Positions 15,001 through 27,440 are shown, counted from the stretch's first letter. The stretch: DNA of 64,000 nt from the human T2T-CHM13v2.0 reference genome, Homo sapiens (GCF_009914755.1 NC_060937.1); one strand, 5' to 3'. Numbers and translations are program-made. Notes: generated from the letters alone by a model not told the origin.

Positions 15001-18000
15001 GGAGCAAGGTAAGCATGGACTGTTTCTTCAGGATGGGCCCATGTAAGCATGGACCATTCCTTCAGGATGGATTCAGGTAAGTATGGACCATTCCTTCAGA
15101 ATGGAGCAAGGTAAGCATGGACTCTTTCTTCAGGATGGGCCCAGGTAAGCACGGACCATTCCTTCAGGATGGAGCCAGGTAAGTGTGGACCATTTCTTCA
15201 GAATACAGCCAGGTAAGCATGGACTGTTTGTTCAGGATGGGCCCAGGTAAGCATGGACCATTCCTTCAGAGTGGAGTCAGGTAAGTGTGGACCATTCCTT
15301 CAGGATGGAGCAAGGTAAGCATGGACTGTTTCTTCAGGATGGGCCCAGGTAAGCATGGACCATTCCTTCAGGATGGAGCCAGGTAAGTGTGGACCATTCC
15401 TTCAGAATACAGCCAGGTAAGCATGGACTGTTACTTCATGATGGGCCCAGGTAAGCATGGACCATTCCTTCAGGATGGAGCCAGGTAAGTGTGGACCATT
15501 TCTTCAGAATACAGCCAGGTAATCATGGACTGTTTCTTCAGGATGGGCCCAGGTAAGCATGGACCATTCCTTCAGGATGGAGTCACGTAAGTGTGGACCA
15601 TTCCTTCAGGATGGAATCAGGTAAGCAGGGACCATTCCTTCAGAATACAGCCAGGTAAGCATGCACTGTTTCTTCAGGATGGGCCCAGTTAATCATGGAC
15701 CATTCCTTCAGGATGGAGTCAGGTAAGTGGGGACCATTCCTTCAGGATGGATCAAGGTAAGCATGGACTGTTTCTTCAGGATGGGCCCAGGTAAGCATGG
15801 ACCATTCCTTCAGGAGGGAGCCAGGTAAGTGTGGACCATTCCTTCAGAATACAGCCAGGTAAGCATGGAGTGTTTCTTCAGGATGGGCCCAGGTAAGCAT
15901 GGAACATTCCTTCAGGATGGAGTCAGGTAATTGTGGACCATTCCTTCAGAATACAGCCAGGTAAGCATGGACTGTTTCTTCAGGATGAGCCCAGGTAAGC
16001 ATGGACCATTCCTTCAGGATGGAGTCACATAAGTGTGGACCATTCCTTCACGATGGAATCAGGTAGGCAGGGACCATTCCTTCAGAATACAGCCAGGTAA
16101 GCATGGACTGTTTCTTCAGGATGGGCCCAGGTAAGCAAGGACCATTCCTTCAGGATGGAGCCAGGTAAATGTGGACAATTCCTTCAGGATGGAGCAAGGT
16201 AAGCATGGACTGTTTCTTTAGGATGGGCCCATGTAAGCATGGACCATTCCTTCAGGATGGATTCAGGTAAGTATGGACCATTCCTTCAGAATGGAGCAAG
16301 GTAAGCATGGACTCTTTCTTCAGGATGGGCCCAGGTAAGCATGGACCATTCCTTCAGGATGGAGCCAGGTAAGTGTGGACCATTCCTTCAGAATACAGCC
16401 AGGTAACCATGGACTGTTTCTTCAGGATGGGCCCAGGTAAGCATGGACCATTCCTTCAGAATGGAGCCAGGTAAGTGTGGACCATTCCTTCAGAATACAG
16501 CCAGGTAAGCATGGACTGTTTCTTCAAGATGGGCCCAGGTAAGCACGGACCATTCCTTCAGGATGGAGCCAGGTAAGTGTGGAACATTTCTTCAGAATAC
16601 AGCCAGGTAAGCATGGACTGTTTCTTCAGGATGGGCCCAGGTAAGCATGGACCATTCCTTCAGAGTGGAGTCAGGTAAGTGTGGACCATTCCTTCAGGAT
16701 GGAGCAAGGTAAGCATGGACTGTTTCTTCAGGATGGGCCCAGGTAAGCATGGACCATTCCTTCAGGATGGAGCCAGGTAAGTGTGGACCATTCCTTCAGA
16801 ATACAGCCAGGTAAGCATGGACTGTTTCTTCAGGATGGGCCCAGGTAAGCATGGACCATTCCTTCAGGATGGAGCCAGGTAAGTGTGGACCATTTCTTCA
16901 GAATACAGCCAGGTAAGCATGGACTGTTTCTTCAGGATGGGCCCAGGTAAGCATGGACCATTCCTTCAGGATGGAGTCACGTAAGTGTGGACCATTCCTT
17001 CAGGATGGAATCAGGTAAGCAGGGACCATTCCTTCAGAATACAGCCAGGTAAGCATGCACTGTTTCTTCAGGATGGGCCCAGTTAATCATGGACCATTCC
17101 TTCAGGATGGAGTCAGGTAAGTGGGGACCATTCCTTCAGGATGGATCAAGGTAAGCATGGACTGTTTCTTCAGGATGGGCCCAGGTAAGCATGGACCATT
17201 CCTTCAGGATGGAGTCACATAAGTGTGGACCATTCCTTCACGATGAAATCAGGTAGGCAGGGACCATTCCTTCAGAATACAGCCAGGTAAGCATGGACTG
17301 TTTCTTCAGGATGGGCCCAGGTAAGCAAGGACCATTCCTTCAGGTTGGAGCCAGGTAAATGTGGACCATTCCTTCAGGATGGAGCAAGGTAAGCATGGAC
17401 TGTTTCTTCAGGATGGGCCCAGGTAAGCATGGACCATTCCTTTAGGATGGAGTCCGGTAAGTGTGGACCATTCCTTCAGGATGGAGCAAGGTAAGCATGG
17501 ACTGTTTCTTCAGGATGGGCCCAGGTAAGCATGGACCATTCCTTCAGGATGGAGCCAGGTAAGTTTGGACCATTCCTTCAGAATACAGCCAGGTAAGCAT
17601 GGACTGTTTCTTCAGGATTGGCCCAGGTAAGCATGGACCATTCCTTCAGGATAGAGCCAGGTAAGTGTGGACCATTCCTTCAGAGTACAGCCAGGTAAGC
17701 ATGGACTGTTTTTTCAGGATGGGCCCAGGTAAGCATGCACCATTCCTTCAGAGTGGAGTCAGGTAAGTGTTGACCATTCCTTCAGGATGGAGCACGTAAG
17801 CATGGACTGTTTCTTCAGGATGGGCCCAGGTAAGCATGGACCATTCCTTCAGGATAGAGCCAGGTAAGTGTGGACCATTCCTTCAGAATACAGCCAGGTA
17901 ACCATGGACTGTTTCTTCAGGATGGGCCCAGGTAAGCATGGACCATTCCTTCAGAGTGGAGTCAGGTAAGTGTGGACCATTCCTTCAGGATGGAGCAAGG

Positions 18001-20560
18001 TAAGCATGGACTGTTTCTTCAGGATGGGCCCAGGTAAGCATGGACCATTCCCTCAGGATGGAGCCAGGTAAGTGTGGACCATTCCTTCAGAATACCGTCA
18101 GGTAAGCATGGAGTGTTTCTTCAGGATGGGCCCAGGTAAGCATGGACCATTCCTTCAGGATGGAGCCAGGTAAGTGTGGACCATTCCTTCAGAATACAGC
18201 CAGGTAAGCATGGAGTGTTTCTTCAAGATGGGCCCAGGTAATCATGGACCATTCCTTCAGGATGGAGTCACATAAGTGTGGACCATTCCTTCAGGATGGA
18301 ATCAGGTAGGCAGGGACCATTCCTTCAGAATACAGCCAGGTAAGCATGGACTGTTTCTTCAGGATGGGCCCAGGTAAGCATGGACCATTCCTTCAGGATG
18401 GAGCCAGATAAGTGTGGACCATTTCTTCAGAATACAGCCAGGTAATCATGGACTGTTTCTTCAGGATGGGCCCAGGTAACCATGGACCATTCCTTCAGGA
18501 TGGAGTCACGTAAGTGTGGACCATTCCTTCAGGATGGAATCAGGTAAGCAGGGACCATTCCTTCAGAATACAGCCAGGTAAGCATGGACTGTTTCTTCAG
18601 GATGGGCCCAGTTAAGCATGGACCATTCCTTCGGGATGGAGTCAGGTGTGTGGGGACCATTCCTTCAGGATGGATCAAGGTAATCATGGACTGTTTCTTC
18701 AGGATTGGCCCCGGTAAGCATGGACCATTCCTTCAGGTTGGAGCCAGGTAAGTGTGGACCATTCCTTCAGAACACAGCCAGGTAAGCATGGACTGTTTCT
18801 TCAGGATGGGCCCAGGTAAGCATGGACCATTCCTTCAGGATGGAGTCAGGTAATTGTGGACCATTCCTTCAGAATGGAGCAAGGTAAGCATGGACTGTTT
18901 CTTCAGGATGGGCCCAGGTAAGCATGGACCATTCCTTCAGGTTGGAGCCAGGTAAGTGTGTACCATTCCTTCAGAATACAGCCAGGTAAGCATGGACTGT
19001 TTCTTCAGGATGGGCCCAGGTAAGCATGGACCATTCCTTCAGGATGGAGTCACGTAAGTGTGGACCATTCCTTCAGGATGGAATCAGGTAAGCAGGGACC
19101 ATTCCTTCAGAATACAGCCACGTAAGCATGGACTGTTTCTTCAGGATGGGCCCAGGTAAGCATGGACCATTCCTTCAGGATGGAGTCAAGTAAGTGTGGA
19201 CCATTCCTTCAGGATGGAGCAAGGTAAGCATGGACTGTTTCTTCTGGATGGGCCCAGGTAAGCATGGACCATTCCTTCAGGATGGAGCCAGGTAAGTGTG
19301 GACCATTCCTTCAGAATACAGCCTGGTAAGCATGGACTGTTTCTTCAGGTTGGGCCCAGCTAAGCATGCACCATTCCTTCAGGATAGAGCCAGGTAAGTG
19401 TGGACCATTCCTTCAGAATACAGCCAGGTAAGCATGGACTCTTTCTTCAGGATGGGCCCAGGTAAGCATGGACCATTCCTTCAGAGTAGAGTCAGGTAAG
19501 TGTGGACCATTCCTTCAGGATGGAGCAAGGTAAGCATGGACTGTTTCTTCAGGATGGGCCCAGGTAAGTATGGACCATTCCTTCAGGATGGAGCCAGGTA
19601 AGTGTGGACCATTTCTTCAGAATACAGCCAGGTAAGCATGGACTGTTTCTTCAGGATGGGCCCAGGTCAGCATGGACCATTCCTTCAGGGTGGAGTCAGG
19701 TAAATGTGGACCATTCCTTCAGGATGGAGCAAGGTAAGCATGGACTGTTTCTTCAGGATGGGCCCAGGTAAGCATGGACCATTCCTTCACGATGGAGCCA
19801 GCTAAGTGTGGACCATTTCTTCAGAATACCGCCAAGTTAGCATGGATTGTTTCTTCAGGATGGGCCCAGGTAAGCATGGACCATTCCTTCAGGATGGAGT
19901 CAGGTAATTGTGGACCATTCCTTCAGAATGCAGCAAGGTAATCATGGACTGTTTCTTCAGGATGGGCCCAGGTAAGCATGGACCATTCCTTCAGGTTGGA
20001 GCCAGGTAAGTGTGGACCATTCCTTCAGAATACAGCCTGGTAAGCTTGGACTGTTTCTTCAGGATGGGCCCAGGTAAGCATGGACCATTCCTTCAGGATG
20101 GAGTCACATAAGTGTGGACCATTCCTTCAGGATGGAATGAGGTAAGCAGGGACCATTCCTTCAGAATACAGCCAGGTAAGCATGGACTGTTTCTTCAGGA
20201 TGGGCCCAGGTAAGCATGGACCATTCCTTCAGGATGGAGTCAGGTAAGTGTGGACCATTCCTTCAGGATGGAGCAAGGTAATCATGGACTGTTTCTTCAG
20301 GATGGGCCCAGGTAAGCATGGACCATTCCTTCAGGATGGAGCCAGGTAAGTGTGGACCATTCCTTCAGAATACAGCCAGGTAAGCATGGACTGTTTCTTC
20401 AGGATGGGCCCAGGTAAGCATGGACCATTCCTTCAGGATGGAGCCAGGTAAGTGTGGACCATTCCTTCAGAGTACAGCCAGGTAAGCATGGACTGTTTCT
20501 TCAGGATGGGCCCAGGTAAGCATGGACCATTCCTTCACGATGGAGTCAGGTAATTGTGGA
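1..20560. repeat. Homogeneous higher-order zone: 102-bp trimer nested in ~5.17-kb (152-monomer) super-units
   Basis: Three monomer types alternate (aagcatggaccattcc..gatgga / aagtgtggaccattcc..gaataca / aagcatggactgtttc..gatggg). The sequence at position 1 recurs at 7003, 7717 and 12884; a 1-bp deletion marker (gagccagtaag) lies at 901, 2838, 8617 and 13886; marker tcactgacc at 6481 and 12362. Confidence 0.95.
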
Positions 20561-23500
20561 CCATTCCTCAGGATGAGCGCAGGTAAGCATGCACGATTCC
20601 CTCAGGATGGAGACAGATAAGTATGGACCATTCATTCAGGCTGCAGCCAGGTCAGAATGAACCATTATTTCAGTATAAAGCCGTGTCAGAATGAACCATT
20701 ATTTCAGGATAAAGCCAGGTAAGTATGGACCATTTCTTCATGAGGCAGCCAGGTAAGCACAGACTTTTCCTTCAGGATACAGCCAGGTAAATGTGAACAA
20801 TTCCTTTAGTTTGGAGCTAGATAAGCATTAACAATATTTTTCAGAATGCTGCCAGGTAAGCATGAACCATTCCTTCAGGATGAAGCCAGGTAAGTGTGGA
20901 CCATTTTTTGAGGATACAGCCAAGTAAGTATGATACATATCTGCAGGATACAGCCAGGTGAGCATAGACCATTCCCTCAGGATGAATCCAGGTAAGCATA
21001 GACCATTCCTTCAGGATGTAGCTAGGTAAGCATGAACCATTCTTTCCGGATGGTGCTGTGTGATTGTGGACCATTCCTTCAAAATGGAGTCAGGTAAGCA
21101 TGGACCATTTTTTCAGGATGCAGCAAGATAAGCGTGGCCGTTCCTTCAGGATGCAGCTATGTAAGCAGGGACGATTTTTTCAGGATGCAGCCATGTGAGC
21201 AGGGAAAATTTCTTCAGGATGGACTCAGGTAAGCATGGACCATTCTATCAGGATGCAGCCAGGTAAGCATGGACCATTTCTTCAGGGTGCAGGAAGGTAA
21301 GCATGGACAATTCCTTCAGTATGGAGCCAGGTAAGCGTGGACCATTCTTTCAGGATGCAGCCAGGAAAGCATGGACCATTTTCAAGGATACAGCCAGGTA
21401 AGTATGATACATGCCTTCAGGATACAGCCAAGTAATCATGAATCATTCCTTCAGGATGCAGCCATGTAGGCAGAGACCATTCCTTCAGGTTGGAGCCAGG
21501 TAAGCATGAACCGTTCCTTCAGGATGAAGGCAGGTAAGCATGGAGAATTACTTCAAGATGGAGCCTGGTAAGTATGGACCATTCCTTCAGGATGGAACCA
21601 GGTCAGCATAGACCATTTCTTCAGGATGCAGACAGGTCAATATGAACCATTCTTTCAGGATGCAGCCAAGTAAGCATGGACCATTTCTTGAGAATGGAGC
21701 CTGGAAAGCATGGACCGTTCCTTCAGATTGCAGCCAGGTAAACAAGAACTATTCCTTCACGATGAATCCAGGTAAGCATGGACCATTCCTTCATGATGGA
21801 ACCACGTAAGGATGGACCATTTCTTCAGAATGCAGCCAGGTAAGCCTGAACCATTTCTTCACCATGGAGAGAAGTAAGCATGGACCATTCCTTCAGGATG
21901 GAGTCAGGTAAGCATGAACCATTCTTTCAGGGTAAATGCAGGTAAGTATGGATCTGTCTTTCATCATGTGGCCTCGTAAGCATGGACCATTCCTTCAGGA
22001 TGGAACCAGGTAAGCATGAGCCATTGCTTTTGGATGCAGCCAGGTAAGTACAAAACATTCCTTCAGGATGCAGCCAGGTAAGCATGAACTTTTCATTCAT
22101 GGTGTAGGCAGGAACGCATGGACCATTTTTTAAGGATGGACTCAGGTAAACATGGACCATTCCTTCCAAATGGAGCGTGGTAAGCATGGATCATTCATTC
22201 AGGATGCAGCCAGGTCAACACGAAACATTTTTTCTGGATGGAGCCAGGTAAGCATGGACCATTCCATCAGGATGCAGCCAGATAAGTATGGACAATTCCT
22301 TCAGGATGGAGCCAGGTAAGCATGAAAAATTCCTCCATGATGCAGCCAGGTAAGCGTGGACCATTTCTTCAGGATGCAGCCAGGTAAGCATGGACCATTC
22401 CGTCAGTATGTAGCCACATAAGCATGGACCACTCCTTCAAGATGGAGCCAGGTAAGAGTGGACCATTCCTTCAGGATGCAGTCAGGTAAGCAGGGACCAT
22501 TTTTTTCAGGATGCAGGCAGGAAAGTATGAACCATTCCTTTAGGATGCAGCCAGGTAAGTGTGCACAATTCCTTCAGGATGGAGCCAGGTTAGCATGAAC
22601 CATGTTTTCCAGACTGTAGCCAGGTAAGCATGGACCATTATTTCAGGATGCAGCCAGGTAAGTATGAACCATGTTTTTCAGACTCTAGCCAGATAAGTAT
22701 GGACCATTCTTTCAGGATGCAGCCAGGTAAGCATGGACCATGCTTTCAGATGGAATCAGATAAGCATGTAACATTCCTTTAGAATGCAGCCAGGTAAGTG
22801 CGGACTATTCCCTCAGGATGGAGCCAGGTAAGCCTGGACCATTCTGTCAGGATGTAGCCTGGTAAGCATGAATCATTTCTTAAGGATGGAGTCAGACAAG
22901 CACACCCCATTCCTTCAGAGTGCAGCTAGGTAAGTGTGGACCATTCCCTCAAGATGGAGCCAGGTAAGTGTGGACCATTCCTTCAGAATGCAGCCAGGTA
23001 TGCAGAGACCATTTTTTTCAGGATGCAGGCAAGAAAGTATGAACCATTCCTTCAGGATGCAGCCAGGTAAGTGTGCACAGTTTCTTCAGGATGGAGCCAG
23101 GTTAGCATGAACCATATTTTTCAAATGTGGCCAGGTAAGCATGAACATTTCTTTCAGGATGCAGCCAAGTAAGTATGAACCATTTCTTCAGTATGGAGCC
23201 AGGTAAGCATAGACTATTCTTTCAGGATGCAGCCAGGAAAGCAATGACCAGTTTTTAAAGATACAGCCAGGTAATTATGATACATACCTTCAGGATGCAG
23301 CCAGGTAAGCATGAACCATTTTTTCAGGATGTATCCAGGTGTGCATAGACCACTCCTTCAGGATGTGGCCAGGTAGGCGTGGACCATTTTTTCAGGACCA
23401 AGCCAGGTAAGCAGGAATCATTCTTTAAGGATGCAGCAAGGTAAGTATGGACCATTCCTTCAGAATGCAGACAGGTAGGAGTAGATCATTTATTGAGGAT

Positions 23501-26500
23501 GCAGCCAGGTAATCAGGAACCATTTCTTCAGGATCCAACCAGGTAAGCATGACCCATTCCTTCAAGATGGAGCCAGGTAACTGTCAACAATCCCTTCAGG
23601 TTGCAACTGGGTAAGCATGGACCATTCCTTCAGGATGGAGCCTGCCAAGTGTGGACCATTCCTTCAGGATGCAGCCAGGTAAGCATCAGCCATTCCTTCA
23701 TAATGCGGCCAGGTAAGCATGGACCATTCCTTCAGGATGGAGCCTGCCAAGTGTGGACCATTCCTTCAGGATGCAGCCAGGTAAGCATCAGCCATTCCTT
23801 CATAATGCAGCCAGGTAAGCATCAGCCATTCCTTCATAATGCAGTCAGGTAAGCATGGACCATTCCTTCAGGATGGAGCCTGCCAAGTGTGGACCGTTCC
23901 TTCAGGATGCCGCCAGGTAAGCATCAGCCATTCCTTCATAATGCGGCCAGGTAAGCATGGACCATTCCTTCAGGATGCCGCCAGGTAAGCCTGAACCATT
24001 CCTTCAGAATGCATCCAGGTAAGCATGGACCAGTTTTTAAGTATACAGTCAGTTAAGTATGACACATACCCTCAGGATACAGCCAGGTAAGCATGAACCA
24101 TTCCTTCAGGATGCCACCAGGTAAGCATGAACCATTCCATCAGGATGGAGCCAGATAAGTATGAACCATTCCATCAGGATGCAGCAAGGTAAACATGGAC
24201 TAATCTGTCAGGATGCAGTCGGGTAAGCATGAACCATTTCTTAATAGTGGAGTCAGGTAAGCACATACCATTCCTTTAGAATGCAGCCAGTTAAGCATGG
24301 ATCATTCCTTTAGGATGTAGCCAGGTAAGCATGGACCATTCTTTTAGCACGGAACCAGGTAAGAATGGACCATTCTTTAGCATGGAACCAGGTAAGCATG
24401 GACCATTCCTTCAGGATGAAGCTAGGTAATAATGGACCATTCATTCAGGATGCATCCTGGTAAGTATGAATTATTCCTTCAGGATGCAACCAGGTAAGTA
24501 TGGCCATTCCTTCAGGAAGGAGCCAGGTAAGCAGGAACAATTCTTTCAGGATGGAACAAGGTAAGCATGCACTATTCCTTCAGAAAGCAGTGAGGTTAGC
24601 ATGGATCATTCCTTCAGGATGCAAACAGGTACGTGTGGGCATTCCTTCAGGATGTAGCCAGGTAAGCAGGGACCATTTTTTTCAGGATGCAGGCAGGAAA
24701 GTATGAACCTTTCCTCGGGATGCAGCCAGGTAAGTCTGGACACTTCCTTCAGGATGGAGCCAGGTAAGCATGAACCATTTTTTCAGAATGTGGCCAGGTA
24801 AGCATGAACTTTTCCTTTAGGGTGGAGCCTGGTAAGCATGGACCACTCCCTCAGGATTCATCCAGGTAAGCCTGGACCATTCCTTCAGGATGGTGTGAGG
24901 TAAGCATGGACAGTTCCTTCAGGATGCAGGCAGGTAAGCGTGGACCATTCCTCCTGGATACAGCTAGGCAAATATGAACCATTCCTTCAAGATGGAGGCT
25001 GGTAGGCATGGACCACTGCTTCAGGATGCAGGCAGGTAAGTGTGGACCATTCCTTCAGTATGGAGCCAGGTAAGTGTGGACCATTTCTTCAGGATGGTGC
25101 CAGGTAACCAGGGACCATTCTTTCAGGATACAGCCAGGAAAGGATGGACCATTTTTTAAGGATACAGCCACATAAATACGATACATACTTTCAGGATAAA
25201 GCCAGGTAAGCATGAACCATTCCTTCAGAATGCAGCCATGTAGGCAGAGACCAACCCTTCAGGTTGGAGCCAGGTAAGCATGAACCATTCCTCCATGATG
25301 AAGCCAGTTAAGCATAGGCAATTCCTTTAGGATGGAGCCAGGTAAGCATGGGCCATTCTTTCAGAATGCAGTCAGGTAAGCATGAACCATTCCTTCAGGA
25401 TCCTGCCAGGTAAGCGTGGACCATTATTTCAGGATGCAGTCAGGTAAGCATGAACCATTCCTTCAGGATCCTGCCATGTAAGCGTGGACCATTATTTCAG
25501 GATGCAGTCAGGTAAGCATGAACCATTACTTCAGAATGGAGCCAGGTAGGCATGGACCATTCCTTCATGATGCAGCCAGGTAAGCATGAACCATTACTTC
25601 ACCGTGGAGTGAGGTAAACATGAACCAATCCTTCAGGATGAATCCTGATAAGTATGGACCTTTCTTTTAGGGTGTAGCCTCATAAGAGTGGACCACTCCT
25701 TCAGGATGGACCCAGGTAAGTGTCAACCATTCCTTCCTAATGCAGCATGGTAAGCATGGATCACTCATTCAGGATGCAGCCAGGTAAGTACAAAACATTC
25801 CTTCTGGATGGAGCCAGGTAAGCATGGACCATTCTGTCAGGATGCAGCCACGTAAGCATGAACCATTTCTTCAGGATGGAGTCAGAAAAGCATGTACCAT
25901 TTTTTCAGAATGCAGCCAGGTAACTGTGGACGATTCCCTCAGGATGGAGCCAAGTAAGCATGGACCATTCTCTCAGCATGGAGCCAGGTAAGCATGGACC
26001 ATTCCTTAAGAATGGAGCCAGGTAAGCATGAACCATTTCATCAGGATGCAGCCAGGTAAGCATGAACCATTCTGTCAGGATACAGCCAGGTAAGGGTGGA
26101 CCATTCTGTCAGGATACAGCCAGGTAAGCATGGACCATTCTTTCAGATGGTGTCAGGTAAGCATGAACCATTCTGTCAGGATGCAGCCAGGTAAACATGG
26201 GCCGTTCCATCAGGATGCAGCCCTGTAAGTGTGAACCATTTCTTAAGAATGGAGCCAGGTAAGCAGGGACCATTTTTTCAGGATGCAGTCAGAAACTATG
26301 AACCATCCCCTCAGGATGGAGCCAGGTAAGCATGGACCATTCCTTCAGGATGCAGCCAGGTAAGTAAGAACCATTCTTTCAGTACAGAAGCAAGCAAGCA
26401 TGGACCATTCCTTCAGGATGCAGCCAGGTAAACATAGACCATTCCTTCAGGATAGTGCCAGGTAGGTGTGGATCTTCCTTCAGGACGGAGCCAGGTAAGC

Positions 26501-27440
26501 ATGGACCATTCCTTCAGGATGCAGCCAGGTCAGCATGGACCATTCCTTCAGGATAGTGCCAGGTAGGTGTGGATCTTCCTTCAGGACAGAGCCAGGTAAG
26601 CATGGACCATTCCTTCAGGATGCAGCCAGGTAAGCATGGACCATTCCTTCAGGATAGTGCCAGGTAGGTGTGGATCTTCCTTCAGGACGGAGCCAGGTAA
26701 GCATGGACCATTCCTTCAGGATGCAGCCAGGTAAACATAGACCATTCCTTCAGGATAGTGCCAGGTAGGTGTGGATCTTTCCTTCAGGACGGAGCCAGGT
26801 AAGCATGGACCATTCCTTCAGGATGCAGCCAGGTAAGCATGGACCATTCCTTCAGGATAGTGCCAGGTAGGTGTGGATCTTCCTTCAGGACGGAGCCAGG
26901 TAAGCATGGACCATTCCTTCAGGATGCAGCCAGGTAAGCATGGACCATTCCTTCAGGATAGTGCCAGATAGGTGTGGATCTTTCCTTCAGGACGGAGCCA
27001 GGTAAGCATGGACCATTCCTTCAGGATGCAGCCAGGTAAGCATGGACCATTCCTTCAGGATAGTGCCAGGTAGGTGTGGACATTTCCTTCAGGATGGAGC
27101 CAGGTAAGTGCGGACCATTCCATCAGGATGCAACTTGGTAAGCATGAGCCATTTCTTAAGGATGGAGTCAGATAAGCATGTAGCATTCCTTCTGAATGCA
27201 GCCAGCTAAGTGTGGGCCATTCCTTCAGGATGCAGCCAGGTAAGCATGGACCATTCCTTCTGGATGGAGGTAGGTACGTATGCACCTTTTTTTCAGGATG
27301 GAGTCCGGTAAGCATGGACCATTCCTTCAGGATGGAGCCAGGTAAGCATGGACTACTTCCTCAGGATGGAGTCGGATAAGCATGGCCCTCTCCTGGATGC
27401 AGCCAGGTAAGGGTGGACCGTTCCTTCAAGATGGAGCCAT
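20561..27440. repeat. Diverged, mostly monomeric edge of the 34-bp array
   Basis: From ~20,570 trimer regularity is lost; monomers carry many substitutions and small indels (gatgcagcc type dominant). Confidence 0.93.
26420..27100. repeat. Local secondary trimer repeat (101-102 bp x ~7) inside the diverged edge
   Basis: gatagtgcca at 26451, 26552, 26653, 26754, 26856, 26957, 27059 (periods 101,101,101,102,101,102). Confidence 0.92.

Larger units (their letters stand above)
1..27440. repeat. Large 34-bp tandem satellite/VNTR array (~800 monomers, continues off the left edge)
   Basis: Consensus monomer ccaggtaagcatggaccattccttcaggatggag (34 nt) repeats without TE interruption; last recognisable monomers at ~27,400-27,440 (gccaggtaagggtggaccgttccttcaagatggagcc). 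Confidence 0.99.

Noticed and set aside
1-20560. STAT/HSF sites in ttccttcagaa
   Set aside because: Spacing is TTC-N5-GAA or TTC-N1-GAA; only a minor variant (ttcttcagaa) fits TTC-N4-GAA.
1-27440. CRISPR array (34-bp repeat with weak internal palindrome ccattccttcaggatgg)
   Set aside because: Units abut directly with no unique spacers, there are no cas genes, and the context is primate DNA.
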